A DNA stretch of 64,000 nt from Pseudomonadota bacterium (GTDB taxonomy: Bacteria; Bdellovibrionota_B; Oligoflexia; Oligoflexales; RGVZ01), in contig JBEGVZ010000037.1 of the NCBI GenBank assembly GCA_041178085.1, forward strand, positions 12,722 through 76,721, given 5' to 3'. Below the pieces are notes generated by a model. It saw nothing but the letters and a program-made list of their open reading frames with translations. It made no database searches and was not told the DNA's origin. Position numbers and translations under genes: made by a program. Shown in pieces: positions 8,981-18,750 of this stretch; within the stretch, counting starts at the first letter, position 1, and each line of letters opens with the position of its first letter.

Positions 8981-9682
8981 ATGATTGCGAAAAACCATGT
9001 CTTGATTCTGACCAAGACCCTGGCACTGGCTGCGTGTTCAAAAATGCCCCATCAAAGCGACAAAATCACAGGTGGAAAAAATCCTGACCACGAAAAACAA
9101 AGTGAAGATAGCGGCGAAAACCCCCGCACTCTTAGTGGTCGCTGGGAAGCCAAATGCTACTTCGACAAGGACCCCGACATCGAAGCCGGGGACCGGTATC
9201 GCATTTCGAACGTTGAATTCAAAAACGGTCAATTCAAGCTGGTCAGCACGGAGTTTTCTCGAACAGACCCCACCTGCTCCAATAGAAGGGGTGTAGTTGA
9301 GGTGAGAGGTACCTACGTGCAGGGAGAAAAAACCGCTTTGAATGACGATAACCATGACAAATACGAACTGGATCTGATCCGGGACTACGTGACAATTACG
9401 ATCCACGACCAAGATACGCTCGAAGCCATGAATGGGGCGCTAAAGGAATACCCACCACCTCCTGAATGTGACGTGGGACCGTTTGTCCTTGGCGAACCGA
9501 AAGATTATTCCCCCCGGGGATGCGAAGTCACTGGCCGGTTATTCACCACATACCAGATCCTGCCCGATGGCTCACTTGGGATGGGAGGAGATCAAGAGGC
9601 AACAGAAGATCGCGACGGATCGACAGCTGCGCAACGGATTCAGATCCTGGGCAGTGCCAGATATAAAAGAGTCTCAAAGTAA
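8981..9682 (+). CDS. Hypothetical lipoprotein (beta-rich)
   Basis: Start MIAKNHVL after agggagg, lipobox LAAC, LSGRWEAKC...PTCS motif. Confidence 0.7.
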   Translation: MIAKNHVLILTKTLALAACSKMPHQSDKITGGKNPDHEKQSEDSGENPRTLSGRWEAKCYFDKDPDIEAGDRYRISNVEFKNGQFKLVSTEFSRTDPTCSNRRGVVEVRGTYVQGEKTALNDDNHDKYELDLIRDYVTITIHDQDTLEAMNGALKEYPPPPECDVGPFVLGEPKDYSPRGCEVTGRLFTTYQILPDGSLGMGGDQEATEDRDGSTAAQRIQILGSARYKRVSK

Positions 9683-9750
9683 TTCCCGGCAAACTGGCGG
9701 CAATCGCGGGAGCGTTGTAGAATCCATGCATCACAACAAAGGGGTGTGGT

Positions 9751-10158
9751 ATGGGTTCTTTTCGCAACTTCGTTCTCGCAATTGTCTGCCCGTGGGTCTT
9801 TTGCGCTTCCCCCCTTGCAGCTGCCGAACTACCTGAAAATCTCAATTGCACGGCCTACATTTATGGCGACGTGCCCTTCATGACTTTTTTCCTGAAAGCC
9901 CAGGCCGATGGAACCATCGCTTCCCCGACACAGGTTGAGCATTATGGTCAACGTCAGTTCGTACCTGTGGCCCACCTGCAAACCCAGACAGATGAAATGC
10001 TTCATCTGCTGATCGGAAATGACGGCGATCAGCTTCGCTTGATCGTCTATAACGCAGACGCGACCGCCACTGGCTGGCGGGGAGTTCTGATCAACGATAA
10101 TTCTCCGGCAATGAAAGAGATGCAGGCCAAATGCGTTGACCACATTTCTGGTCTTTGA
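9751..10158 (+). CDS. Hypothetical secreted protein
   Basis: Signal peptide ending PLAAA; Cys near each end of the mature domain (LNC...AKC). Confidence 0.62.
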   Translation: MGSFRNFVLAIVCPWVFCASPLAAAELPENLNCTAYIYGDVPFMTFFLKAQADGTIASPTQVEHYGQRQFVPVAHLQTQTDEMLHLLIGNDGDQLRLIVYNADATATGWRGVLINDNSPAMKEMQAKCVDHISGL

Positions 10159-10216
10159 TACGACCGAAGCCGAGAGATTTTAATCCCTGCAATTTTTTGA
10201 AGCGAGCGAGGTACCC

Positions 10217-11890
10217 ATGCACTCGATGGCAACGCATTTTGCAAATTTCGCCCGGAAAACCGGCTTCGCCTGCCTTTTGGCAACGGCAATGCTGGCAATT
10301 CCCGTGGGCATCAGCGCGCAAGCACGCGACCTGACGGAAGAAGAAAAAATTGCCGATGTGGAACAGTTTTTTCAGCTGGTCAAATCCGGCTACGGGCCAC
10401 TGCGCTTCAAAGAAGCGACCCAGGGAATCAATCAGTCTTCGTTGCGCAGCAAATACCTGGAAGAGGCGCGCAACACCAAAACAAATCGTGATTTTTATTA
10501 CATGATGGGACGTCTGATTGCCGAGTACCGCGATTCTCACTTTTCGGTCATCGTTCCGAGCAAGCTCAGAGCGACTCTCGGATTTTCCGTGGACCTGGTC
10601 GAAGGCAAAGTACTGGTGGATGAAGTATTCACCTACAAAGGACCATATGCACTAAGCAAGGGCGACGAAATCGTCACCGTGGACGGCAAACCAGCAATGG
10701 CCGCTGTCGAAGAATTAATGGCCTACGTCAGCAGCGGCTACGAAGGGACCCGGCGTCGGGCCGCTACCATGGCGCTGACACAGCGCAACGGCATGCGCGT
10801 GCCAGTTCCGGCCGGAAATATCTCGCTGGGTGTCAAAAAGTCGACTGACGGTGCCAGCGTCGATACGGTCAGCATCCCTTGGATTGTTGACGGCAGCGCC
10901 CTTGACGAATCCTTCACCCCCGAATCCAGGCCAGCCAACTATTTGAAAAATTTTGAACTCTCCATTGCCAAAGAGATGAAAGAGTTCTTGTTTGCAGATG
11001 CGGAACAGACTTTCCGCTGCAATGGCCGCACGCGGACGAAAATCCCTGAAGGCGCCGTGATGATCCAGGAAAAGCCTTTCGTGGCGTACCATCACCCGGT
11101 GGAGCACAACGGCCGCAAGATGAACATCGGTTACTTGCGGATTCCACACTACTATCCGGCATCCGACCAACCGGGCGGCGATCCGAATGATGCGTCCCTT
11201 TATGACGAATATTACCAACGTTACGAGTACGCAGTTGCCGAACTGGATGCGAAGACCGATGGCTTGATCATCGACCAGGATCATAACTGCGGCGGAAGCG
11301 TAGATTATCTGGAGCGCCTGGTCGGCCTGTTCATGGACAAGCCCTACCCTGGCCTGCAGTTCAGCTTTCTTGCCACCAAGCAAGAGCTGGTCGACTTCTC
11401 AAACGAGCTGAACGGGCTGATCCCGCAAAGCATGACGCACAAGTATTTCAAGTCGGTCACCGACATGATGCGCGCGTCCTGGGAAAAGGGTGAGCCGATG
11501 ACCCCCGTGACCACGTTCATGGGCGACCATCTTCGCGCCCCGAACCCTGAAAACCGCTACACAAAACCGATCGTCATGCTGATCGACGAATTGTCTGGAT
11601 CGGGTGGGGACGCATTCCCGGCGATCATGCAGGGTCTTGGCCGGGCAAAGCTTCTCGGTAACCGCACCATGGGTGCAGGTGGCCACGTGGTCGAGCAATC
11701 GCCGCTTTACCACTCGGCCGTTGGCCTGCGGATGACCAAGAGCCTTTTCTTCAGGCCTGACGGTGTCCCTGTGGAAAACAATGGCGCCGTACCGGACTTC
11801 CCCTACACACCGACGCGAGCTGACTTCATGAACAGCTACGCCGACTACCAGAAGTTTTACCTTGGTAAATTGCTGGAACAGATCCCCTGA
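10217..11890 (+). CDS. S41 family peptidase, CPAF-like, with PDZ domain
   Basis: EYRDSH, PDZ (GDEIVTVDGK), IGYLRIP, LIIDQDHNCGGS, catalytic SGSGGDAFP, GNRTMGAGG, VENNGAVPD; signal peptide. Confidence 0.9.
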   Translation: MHSMATHFANFARKTGFACLLATAMLAIPVGISAQARDLTEEEKIADVEQFFQLVKSGYGPLRFKEATQGINQSSLRSKYLEEARNTKTNRDFYYMMGRLIAEYRDSHFSVIVPSKLRATLGFSVDLVEGKVLVDEVFTYKGPYALSKGDEIVTVDGKPAMAAVEELMAYVSSGYEGTRRRAATMALTQRNGMRVPVPAGNISLGVKKSTDGASVDTVSIPWIVDGSALDESFTPESRPANYLKNFELSIAKEMKEFLFADAEQTFRCNGRTRTKIPEGAVMIQEKPFVAYHHPVEHNGRKMNIGYLRIPHYYPASDQPGGDPNDASLYDEYYQRYEYAVAELDAKTDGLIIDQDHNCGGSVDYLERLVGLFMDKPYPGLQFSFLATKQELVDFSNELNGLIPQSMTHKYFKSVTDMMRASWEKGEPMTPVTTFMGDHLRAPNPENRYTKPIVMLIDELSGSGGDAFPAIMQGLGRAKLLGNRTMGAGGHVVEQSPLYHSAVGLRMTKSLFFRPDGVPVENNGAVPDFPYTPTRADFMNSYADYQKFYLGKLLEQIP

Positions 11891-11911
11891 AACTTGGTCC
11901 CACAAAAAAAG

Positions 11912-11937
11912 AAAACCCCGCTTCACGCGGGGTTTTT
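11912..11937. terminator. Bidirectional rho-independent terminator
   Basis: AAAACCCCGC-ttcac-GCGGGGTTTTT between convergent genes. Confidence 0.88.
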
Positions 11938-11941
11938 ACTT

Positions 11942-13570
11942 TCAGCGATAGTCCGCTGGGTAGGGTCGGCGAATTTCCCGATAATTTCTGTCGTTGGGCG
12001 GCCCTCGCCTTTCCACAAGCAAACCTGCCGCGACCATCTTCGGGTTGGGATGGCGACTGCCATCGGAGACGGAATAAATCTCGTCGTCTACCTTGAAGGG
12101 GTGCCAGGTGAAGATCTGGTCTTCGCCCCAGATTTCACCGTAAAGCGAAGTCCGGTAATCCAACTGCCCCAGGGGTCTGCCCGTCTGGTCGTGGCAACGT
12201 GTGCACGACGCCTCGTTGTTGGCAAGAAGGCCCGCGATGTAGTGCTTGGGAACAATGTGAAAATTACCAAGCGTTGAAGCAGCGAAGCTGACTTTGTCAC
12301 CATGACGCTTCCACTCGACATTCAGAGCAGATTGGAAAACCGTCCCTACGAGAAGCTCCCGGATTAAAGCGTAGTCTTTTGTTTCAGGAAGGTTGTCGTA
12401 ATAACCGTTTATACTCGGCACAGCTTTCTCATAAGACTTGCTGTCCAGGCGACCTGGTGTGAGCGTTGAACTGTCTTCCAGGTGGCTCACAAGTTGCCGC
12501 AGATCACTGCGCTGCCAGTTGGGACGCTGTCTTTTAATGGCCGTAGAAAGATCCGAAGCACGCGGGAACGGGCGGAAAATGTCCGTGCGCCAACGGTCAA
12601 GTTCACGGACCCTGGATCGCACCTCGTGCACGTACCACTCGGAAACGGCTCCCGCATCGCGAACCAGCAGGACCTCACCAAACACGGTCCCGACTGGGAA
12701 CACCCAGTTCCAATGAGACCCGCTTTTCCACCAAACCACAGGCAAAGGACGCCCCTGGGCGTCACGCGGTGGGCTCCAGAAGTAGACGCTCTCGGCGTTC
12801 CCGCGGTCTACTCGCCCCGCTGCGATCGAAAACGGATATTTGAAGGTTTGCAGTTCGAAATACTCTGTCAATGCGCGTATATCCGCAGAATCGGCCGTCA
12901 CTCCGACATCATATGCTACACGGTTGGCACGCAGCCCTTCAGGTCCAGTCGGGTTTCCGAAAGAATCCTGGTAGCTGAATACCATTGAATCTTCGTCGTA
13001 CCAGATCGTGTCTTCGGCATGAAGGGCTCCATTGATATGGCCGTCTGCCAACTGGGGAAGGTTGCGGCGGTATGCCGCGAGGTCACGGGGATCAATCAAA
13101 TCCAAACCAGCCGATGCGGTGGCCGCGCCCTGGTACTGGGTGAAGTTTGCACAAGCACTCAGGCTACGACCGAAAGACCTCACCTGCGCACCTGTCTCGA
13201 CATTGATTGCCTGATAATCGTAGCCTTTTTCTACACAAGCAATGTTGTTGCGAGCCGCACGACGGGACGTCTCGCAAGCAGCCACGTGCCCAGAAAGGAA
13301 CGTCCCGACTTTCACTTCCCCTCTTCCCGCAGACTTGAAAGTCATGTCTGCGATCAGCTGGCTGCTGTTTCTCCTTTTGCAGATTAGGTGCTGGCGCGTT
13401 GTATCGGTAACCACCAACTGATAGCCGTCGACGGGGTCTGGTATTTCGACCGCATCATCGTCACGCAGGCGGCTAAATTGACCGTTGAGGGGCAAACACG
13501 CAGACACGCAGCTCAGCAAGACAAGGCCTGACACAAGCCAGATGTTTCGCGACAGACGAAGACCGCCCAT
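11942..13570 (-). CDS. Lipoprotein with N-terminal Cys module and C-terminal putative c-type heme domain
   Basis: Lipobox VSAC, WVFPVGTVFGEVL strand motif, single CxxCH (CTRCH) near the C-terminus. Confidence 0.7.
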   Translation of the reverse strand: MGGLRLSRNIWLVSGLVLLSCVSACLPLNGQFSRLRDDDAVEIPDPVDGYQLVVTDTTRQHLICKRRNSSQLIADMTFKSAGRGEVKVGTFLSGHVAACETSRRAARNNIACVEKGYDYQAINVETGAQVRSFGRSLSACANFTQYQGAATASAGLDLIDPRDLAAYRRNLPQLADGHINGALHAEDTIWYDEDSMVFSYQDSFGNPTGPEGLRANRVAYDVGVTADSADIRALTEYFELQTFKYPFSIAAGRVDRGNAESVYFWSPPRDAQGRPLPVVWWKSGSHWNWVFPVGTVFGEVLLVRDAGAVSEWYVHEVRSRVRELDRWRTDIFRPFPRASDLSTAIKRQRPNWQRSDLRQLVSHLEDSSTLTPGRLDSKSYEKAVPSINGYYDNLPETKDYALIRELLVGTVFQSALNVEWKRHGDKVSFAASTLGNFHIVPKHYIAGLLANNEASCTRCHDQTGRPLGQLDYRTSLYGEIWGEDQIFTWHPFKVDDEIYSVSDGSRHPNPKMVAAGLLVERRGPPNDRNYREIRRPYPADYR

Positions 13571-13613
13571 GGGTATCGCACCTCAAAGATCGATTGATGA
13601 TGGGAGCGATCGC

Positions 13614-13629
13614 TGCAATTAGCGGACCA
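13614..13629 (-). promoter_or_regulatory. Sigma-54-like promoter
   Basis: Minus strand TGGTCCGCTAATTGCA (GG-N10-GC) about 45 nt upstream of the 13570 start. Confidence 0.5.
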
Positions 13630-13713
13630 GCGCTGGTATCGCGTTATGGGCGCGCCAGAGGCCTGAGATATCTATTAAAAACAGTTAGTTACAGAATTTG
13701 AGGCCAGACACTC

Positions 13714-13762
13714 CCGTTTCCATGAATGCCCAACGTTTAGATACTGTCCGTTTCATGAACGG
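13714..13762. promoter_or_regulatory. Tandem palindromic operator/enhancer-like sites
   Basis: CCGTTTCATGAACGG (13748-13762, inverted arms CCGTT/AACGG) and a degenerate copy CCGTTTCCATGAATG (13714-13728). Confidence 0.45.
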
Positions 13763-13835
13763 CAGGTCAGGATTCAATCCCTCCATTGACCAACCCCTTG
13801 ACACTCATGGCGCTGTAAATACTGCAGGTTAGAGC

Positions 13836-13851
13836 AGGTATGTTAATTGCA
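13836..13851 (+). promoter_or_regulatory. Sigma-54-like promoter
   Basis: AGGTATGTTAATTGCA (GG-N10-GC) upstream of RBS acagga and ATG 13877. Confidence 0.5.
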
Positions 13852-13876
13852 GCTTCAGCACTCACAGGAAAATTGA

Positions 13877-14857
13877 ATGACAAGTTTTACTCATCGGGGG
13901 GATTGCCTAGTGTTGGTCCGGACGACTCTTGCCCTTGTGGCCATTTCTGGTCTGGTCGGGTGCAGCATTTCGCCGGGAACCAGCTTCCTGCGCAGTGTCG
14001 GCGACAATTCCGACCAACCCGCAGAGATTCCCCCTTCCTTAGACGACATCACCCCGGAGATGGAAGCAAACGGGTATCAGAGCTATGCGTTCTACGAGGG
14101 GTTGAGTGCAGAGGAAATGCGTTCAGGCTCACGTACCGACGGCACGTCCTCCGACATGCCCTGTATCTCCAAAGCGGAAATCGCACGAGCACAAGATACA
14201 TCACACATATTCTGGCACGGTCACGACAATGAGAAGCATACCTTCCGATTGACCTCTGAACATTACTCAGACCTTGGCAGCGGAAAGCCGGTCCAAATTT
14301 ATACGACCGTGGTGGATGGTCATCGCCATGCAGTATTGATCGACCCGCGAAAATCATGCCGCGTTCCCCCAAACCAGCAGCGTCGGGCCGAGGGATCAAC
14401 CCAGACTGGACGTTCCCATTTTCTCTGCAAGCAACTTGGCAACAACGCCTGGCGTCCCTACTACATGAAATGGGACGGGAGTGCGGGCACATACATCGAC
14501 TTCAGCACCAAGCCCAAGGGGCTGCTTGGAGCCTCCGCCATGAAATCCGAGGCAGAGTGCCAAAGGTCACTCGAAAACGCCAATCACGAACATGGAGTGA
14601 TTTGTAGCGCCACAGGAATCGGCTGGAAGCCGACCCTTTATACGGGCACCTTGCCGGGCCGCGCGGACTATGGATACCTCGGCGGCTCATCGATGGAAAA
14701 ATTCGACAGCTGTTTGCTTGCTGTGCGCAATTCCAGTGCGAAGGGTGTTTGCTACTGGGGCGGGAATGGCTCCTACTACATCAGCCCGATCGACCGCGCA
14801 GACACGATTGGCCATGGCTTCTCGCACTTGGAAGAATGCGTTCAGCAAACTCGCTGA
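13877..14857 (+). CDS. Lipoprotein with His-rich putative metal-binding domain and Cys-repeat C-terminus
   Basis: Lipobox LVGC, WHGHDNEKHTF...VDGHRHAV, then repeated C-x(12-14)-C modules. Confidence 0.7.
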   Translation: MTSFTHRGDCLVLVRTTLALVAISGLVGCSISPGTSFLRSVGDNSDQPAEIPPSLDDITPEMEANGYQSYAFYEGLSAEEMRSGSRTDGTSSDMPCISKAEIARAQDTSHIFWHGHDNEKHTFRLTSEHYSDLGSGKPVQIYTTVVDGHRHAVLIDPRKSCRVPPNQQRRAEGSTQTGRSHFLCKQLGNNAWRPYYMKWDGSAGTYIDFSTKPKGLLGASAMKSEAECQRSLENANHEHGVICSATGIGWKPTLYTGTLPGRADYGYLGGSSMEKFDSCLLAVRNSSAKGVCYWGGNGSYYISPIDRADTIGHGFSHLEECVQQTR

Positions 14858-15849
14858 TGAACGCGCTGATGTTCGGTCAAGTGGCAAGCTGACAGGTGCC
14901 CCTTGTCGCAAGCGACAAGACCCGGCGCCTCCGTTCGGCAACGGTCCCATGCATGTTCGCAACGCGTCTGGAATGCACAGCCTGGAGGTGGTTTCATCGG
15001 ACTGGGCAAGTCGCCCCGAAGGATGATCCGCTCACGCACCCGTTCCAGATCAGGGTCCGCCACCGGCACAGCACTGAGCAAGGCCCTGGTATATGGGTGC
15101 CGGGGACTGGCGAAAAGCTCTTCTGTCGCTGCCGCCTCTACGATCTTGCCCAGGTACATGACTGCGATACGGTCAGAAATATGACGGACCACGGATATAT
15201 CATGGGCGATGAACAAGTAGGACAGCTTCAGCTCCCTTTGCAGCTTGCGCATCAAGTTCAATATTTGCGCCTGGATCGAAACGTCCAGGGCAGAGACCGG
15301 CTCATCGCAAATGATGACTTTGGGACGTGGCGCCAACGCACGGGCAATCGCAATCCTTTGACGCTGCCCCCCGGAAAACTCATGTGGATATTTCCGCACA
15401 AAGCGCGGCGACAAACCGACCTTCGCCATCAATTCCGCCACTTCCCTGTCAGTTTCTGCCGCGGTATGCGTAATACCATGTGTGCGCAACGGTTCTGAAA
15501 GAATCTGATGGACTGTCATCCTGGGATTGAGTGACGAATAAGGATCCTGGAAGATCATCTGAAAGTTGATCCTTTGGCTGCGCAGCGCCTCGCCTGACAA
15601 GTGTGTGATGTCCTGCCCACAAATGGAAACACTCCCTGCCGTTGGCTCATAAAGCCTTATCAGGGCGCGTCCAAGCGTACTCTTGCCGCATCCAGATTCG
15701 CCCACAAGGCCAAGCGTCTCGCCTGCGCGCAGTTCCAGCGTGACACCATCTACCGCCTTGACCAGCCCAACTTGACGCTGAAGCAAGCCCTTTCTGACCG
15801 GAAAATGCATCCGGATATCTTGCGCAGACAAGACAATTTCGTAACTCAT
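14842..15849 (-). CDS. oppF: Oligopeptide ABC transporter ATP-binding protein
   Basis: GESGCGKST, FSGGQRQR, DEPVSALD, HPYTRALL oligo_HPY domain; start MSYEIVL. Confidence 0.93.
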   Translation of the reverse strand: MSYEIVLSAQDIRMHFPVRKGLLQRQVGLVKAVDGVTLELRAGETLGLVGESGCGKSTLGRALIRLYEPTAGSVSICGQDITHLSGEALRSQRINFQMIFQDPYSSLNPRMTVHQILSEPLRTHGITHTAAETDREVAELMAKVGLSPRFVRKYPHEFSGGQRQRIAIARALAPRPKVIICDEPVSALDVSIQAQILNLMRKLQRELKLSYLFIAHDISVVRHISDRIAVMYLGKIVEAAATEELFASPRHPYTRALLSAVPVADPDLERVRERIILRGDLPSPMKPPPGCAFQTRCEHAWDRCRTEAPGLVACDKGHLSACHLTEHQRVHQRVC

Positions 15850-16826
15850 GGCAAATGCTCCTGATAGCAAACCGATCGATGTGTGGCAGAAAATTTCCTG
15901 ACCGGGATCTCGACGTTCATGCGGCATTGTTCATTTACATGGGGGCACCGTGGCGCAAACGCACATCCGGGGGGCAGTCTGGATGTATCTGGTGGCAATC
16001 CCGGAATGCTGAACAAATCGCCAGACCGGCTTTGCGCCAGCGATGGGGCGGAGCGCAAAAGTCCATCCGTGTAGGGATGGGCTGTGCTGTGAAAAACTTC
16101 CCGCACCGTGCCATGCTCCACTGGACGCCCCGCATACATGACCATCACGTTGTCAGTGACGCCGGCAACAACACCAAGATCGTGTGTGATCAGGATCAAG
16201 GCCATTCCGTAGCTCTTCTGCAACTGCTTGAGCAATTCGAGGATCTGCGCCTGCACCGTCACGTCGAGCGCCGTTGTCGGCTCGTCGGCGATCAACAGCT
16301 TGGGCCGGTTCATGAGCGCCATGGCGATCATCACGCGTTGGCGCATGCCTCCAGAAAACTGGTGAGGATATTGCGAGAGTCGTTGAGCGGGATCCGGGAT
16401 CCCGACTTCCTCGAGGCGCTCGATGGCGATGTCCCGGGCCTCGGCCCGCGTCACCTTCCGGTGAGCCGTAACGACTTCGGTCAATTGTTGGCCAACCGTA
16501 AGGAAAGGATTCAGCGAAGTCATCGGATCCTGGAAAATCATGGAAATCTCAGATCCAAGGATACGCCTCATTTCGCGGCGCGGTGCAGCGACGAGGTCCA
16601 AGCGCCCTTCCCACAAAGCACTTCCACCGATAACCTTGCCTGGCGGCGTCGGAATCAGCCCCAGGATGGATTGCATCGTAACCGACTTCCCTGAACCGGA
16701 CTCCCCGACAATGCCAAGCGTTTCGAACCTTTCGATCGCGAAACTGACACCATCAACCGCTTTGACAACTCCGTCGCGCGTGAAGAAATGAGTCCGCAGG
16801 TCTTTGACTTCAAGTAATGCTCCCAT
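15846..16826 (-). CDS. oppD: Oligopeptide ABC transporter ATP-binding protein
   Basis: [28 protein letters not shown]; start [10 protein letters not shown]. Confidence 0.93.
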   Translation of the reverse strand: MGALLEVKDLRTHFFTRDGVVKAVDGVSFAIERFETLGIVGESGSGKSVTMQSILGLIPTPPGKVIGGSALWEGRLDLVAAPRREMRRILGSEISMIFQDPMTSLNPFLTVGQQLTEVVTAHRKVTRAEARDIAIERLEEVGIPDPAQRLSQYPHQFSGGMRQRVMIAMALMNRPKLLIADEPTTALDVTVQAQILELLKQLQKSYGMALILITHDLGVVAGVTDNVMVMYAGRPVEHGTVREVFHSTAHPYTDGLLRSAPSLAQSRSGDLFSIPGLPPDTSRLPPGCAFAPRCPHVNEQCRMNVEIPVRKFSATHRSVCYQEHLP

Positions 16827-16830
16827 TGCC

Positions 16831-17787
16831 CTAGTCCTTGCTCGCCTTTGGATCAAGGGCGTCACGCAGCCCGTCACCAAGGAAGTTGAGCGCAAAAAGT
16901 GTGGAAACAAGCGTCAAACAAGGAAAAACCAGCATCCACGGGTAGGTTTCCATTGCCGAAACACCGCTCGAGATCAAAGTCCCCCAGCTGGACATGGGTT
17001 CCTGAACCCCAAGCCCAAGGAAGCTCAGAAAGGCCTCTTCGAGCATCACCTGGGGAATCGTCAAAGTAACAAACACGATGACCGGCCCGAGCGTGTTGGG
17101 AATGATGTGGCGCAGGATGATTCTTGCCCGCGTGACTCCGGTTGCCTCCGCAGCCTCGACAAAATCAGAGCGACGAAGACTCACCACCTGGCCGCGGACA
17201 ATCCTTGCCATCGTGAGCCATGAGATCGCACCAAGAGCCAGGAACAAAACGTAAATATTGCGCCCGACCAGGACCATCAAGATGATGACGAAGAAAGTAA
17301 ACGGCAAGGCGTAAAGAATTTCGACAATCCGCATCATGACATTATCAACGCGGCCGCCGGCATAGCCGGAAATCGCACCGTAAACGACACCAATGGTCAC
17401 GCTTACGAAAGTCGAGAGGATCCCAACCATCAGGGATACACGGCCGCCGTAAAGTATCCGGCTGAACAAGTCCCTGCCAAGATCATCGGTGCCGAAAAGA
17501 TGAAGGGTATCTGGAGGCACAGCCCCGAGGGCCAGATCTGTCTCTTCGTAGGAAAATGGTGCAATCCATGGCGCCAAAACAGCCATCACGGCGACGATAA
17601 TCAGGTAAATCATCCCGGCGGTTGCCATTTTGTTTTTGAGAAGCCTGCTCCAGGCGTCCTGCCATAGGCTGCGGCCTTTCTCGCCCGACGCCGCTACAAC
17701 GTCGCCCCCCTCGCCCAGCGAAGCTGGCTGGTCCAGGTTTTCCAGCATGGATCCTACGATATCCCTTGTGACTGCGTTGCTATTCAT
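16831..17787 (-). CDS. oppC: Oligopeptide ABC transporter permease
   Basis: SLWQDAWSRL OppC N-terminus, FGTDDLGRD, EAA loop, EEAFLSFLGLG, GDGLRDALDP. Confidence 0.93.
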   Translation of the reverse strand: MNSNAVTRDIVGSMLENLDQPASLGEGGDVVAASGEKGRSLWQDAWSRLLKNKMATAGMIYLIIVAVMAVLAPWIAPFSYEETDLALGAVPPDTLHLFGTDDLGRDLFSRILYGGRVSLMVGILSTFVSVTIGVVYGAISGYAGGRVDNVMMRIVEILYALPFTFFVIILMVLVGRNIYVLFLALGAISWLTMARIVRGQVVSLRRSDFVEAAEATGVTRARIILRHIIPNTLGPVIVFVTLTIPQVMLEEAFLSFLGLGVQEPMSSWGTLISSGVSAMETYPWMLVFPCLTLVSTLFALNFLGDGLRDALDPKASKD

Positions 17788-18697
17788 AGCGCACCCGTGG
17801 GTCCAAAAATGCGTAAATGACATCCGTCACGAGGTTGCAAAGTAAAACCAGGACAGCAAGAAAAAGCACCGTACCCATGACCAGGGTATAATCCCGGTTG
17901 AGGGCCGACTGGACAAAGAAACGCCCAAGCCCCGGGATGTTGAAGATGGTTTCCACCACGAGGGATCCGGTCACCACCGCGGCCACAGCCGGGCCCATGA
18001 AGGACACGACAGGAAGCAGTCCCCCCCTCATCGTATGACGGACCATGATGGCGAAACCGGACAGTCCCTTGGCTTTGGCCGTGCGGATATAATCCTGGCG
18101 GATGATATCCATCAGCCCAGCCCTGGTCAGTCGAGAAATGTACGCCGCATAACTAGTACCAAGCGTAAGGCTTGGCAGGATCATGTCCTTCCACGAGTCC
18201 CATCCAGCAACAGGCAGCCACTTCAGTGTCGAGGCAAAAACCAGGACCAGAAGGGGACCGATCACGAATGAAGGCATGCAGATGCCAAGCATCGATATGC
18301 CCATGGCAGAATAATCCCTGACCGAGTTCGGCTTGCTGGCCGCAAAAAGCCCTGCGGCAACACCAAGGAGCAGCGCATAGATCAGTGCGAGGATCCCAAG
18401 TGTGGCTGACACAGGGAAAGTCTCTGCAATGATGTCATTCACAGACCGCCCGGCGTAGCGAAACGATGGACCCAGGTCAAAGCGTGCCAGCTGGCCAAGA
18501 AAGCGTCCGTACTGGACAAGAAGGGGATCATTCAGGTGGTACTGTTCTTCAATGTTCTTCAAAATTTCCGCGGGTATCTGCCGTTCTGAGTCAAACGGAC
18601 CGCCAGGAGCAGCCTTCATCAGAACGAACGTCAGCGTGGCAATGATCCACAGCACGGGAATCATCGCAAGCAAGCGTTTCAGGATGTAAAGGATCAT
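17780..18697 (-). CDS. oppB: Oligopeptide ABC transporter permease
   Basis: YILKRLL, APGGPF, DYIRTAKAKGL, VETIFNIPGLG, YAFLDPRVRY. Confidence 0.93.
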   Translation of the reverse strand: MILYILKRLLAMIPVLWIIATLTFVLMKAAPGGPFDSERQIPAEILKNIEEQYHLNDPLLVQYGRFLGQLARFDLGPSFRYAGRSVNDIIAETFPVSATLGILALIYALLLGVAAGLFAASKPNSVRDYSAMGISMLGICMPSFVIGPLLVLVFASTLKWLPVAGWDSWKDMILPSLTLGTSYAAYISRLTRAGLMDIIRQDYIRTAKAKGLSGFAIMVRHTMRGGLLPVVSFMGPAVAAVVTGSLVVETIFNIPGLGRFFVQSALNRDYTLVMGTVLFLAVLVLLCNLVTDVIYAFLDPRVRYE

Positions 18698-18750
18698 CGC
18701 TTTCCCCATGCGCCGGGCACAGTCCCGGCGCGTTCAAAAAAGATCCCCTG

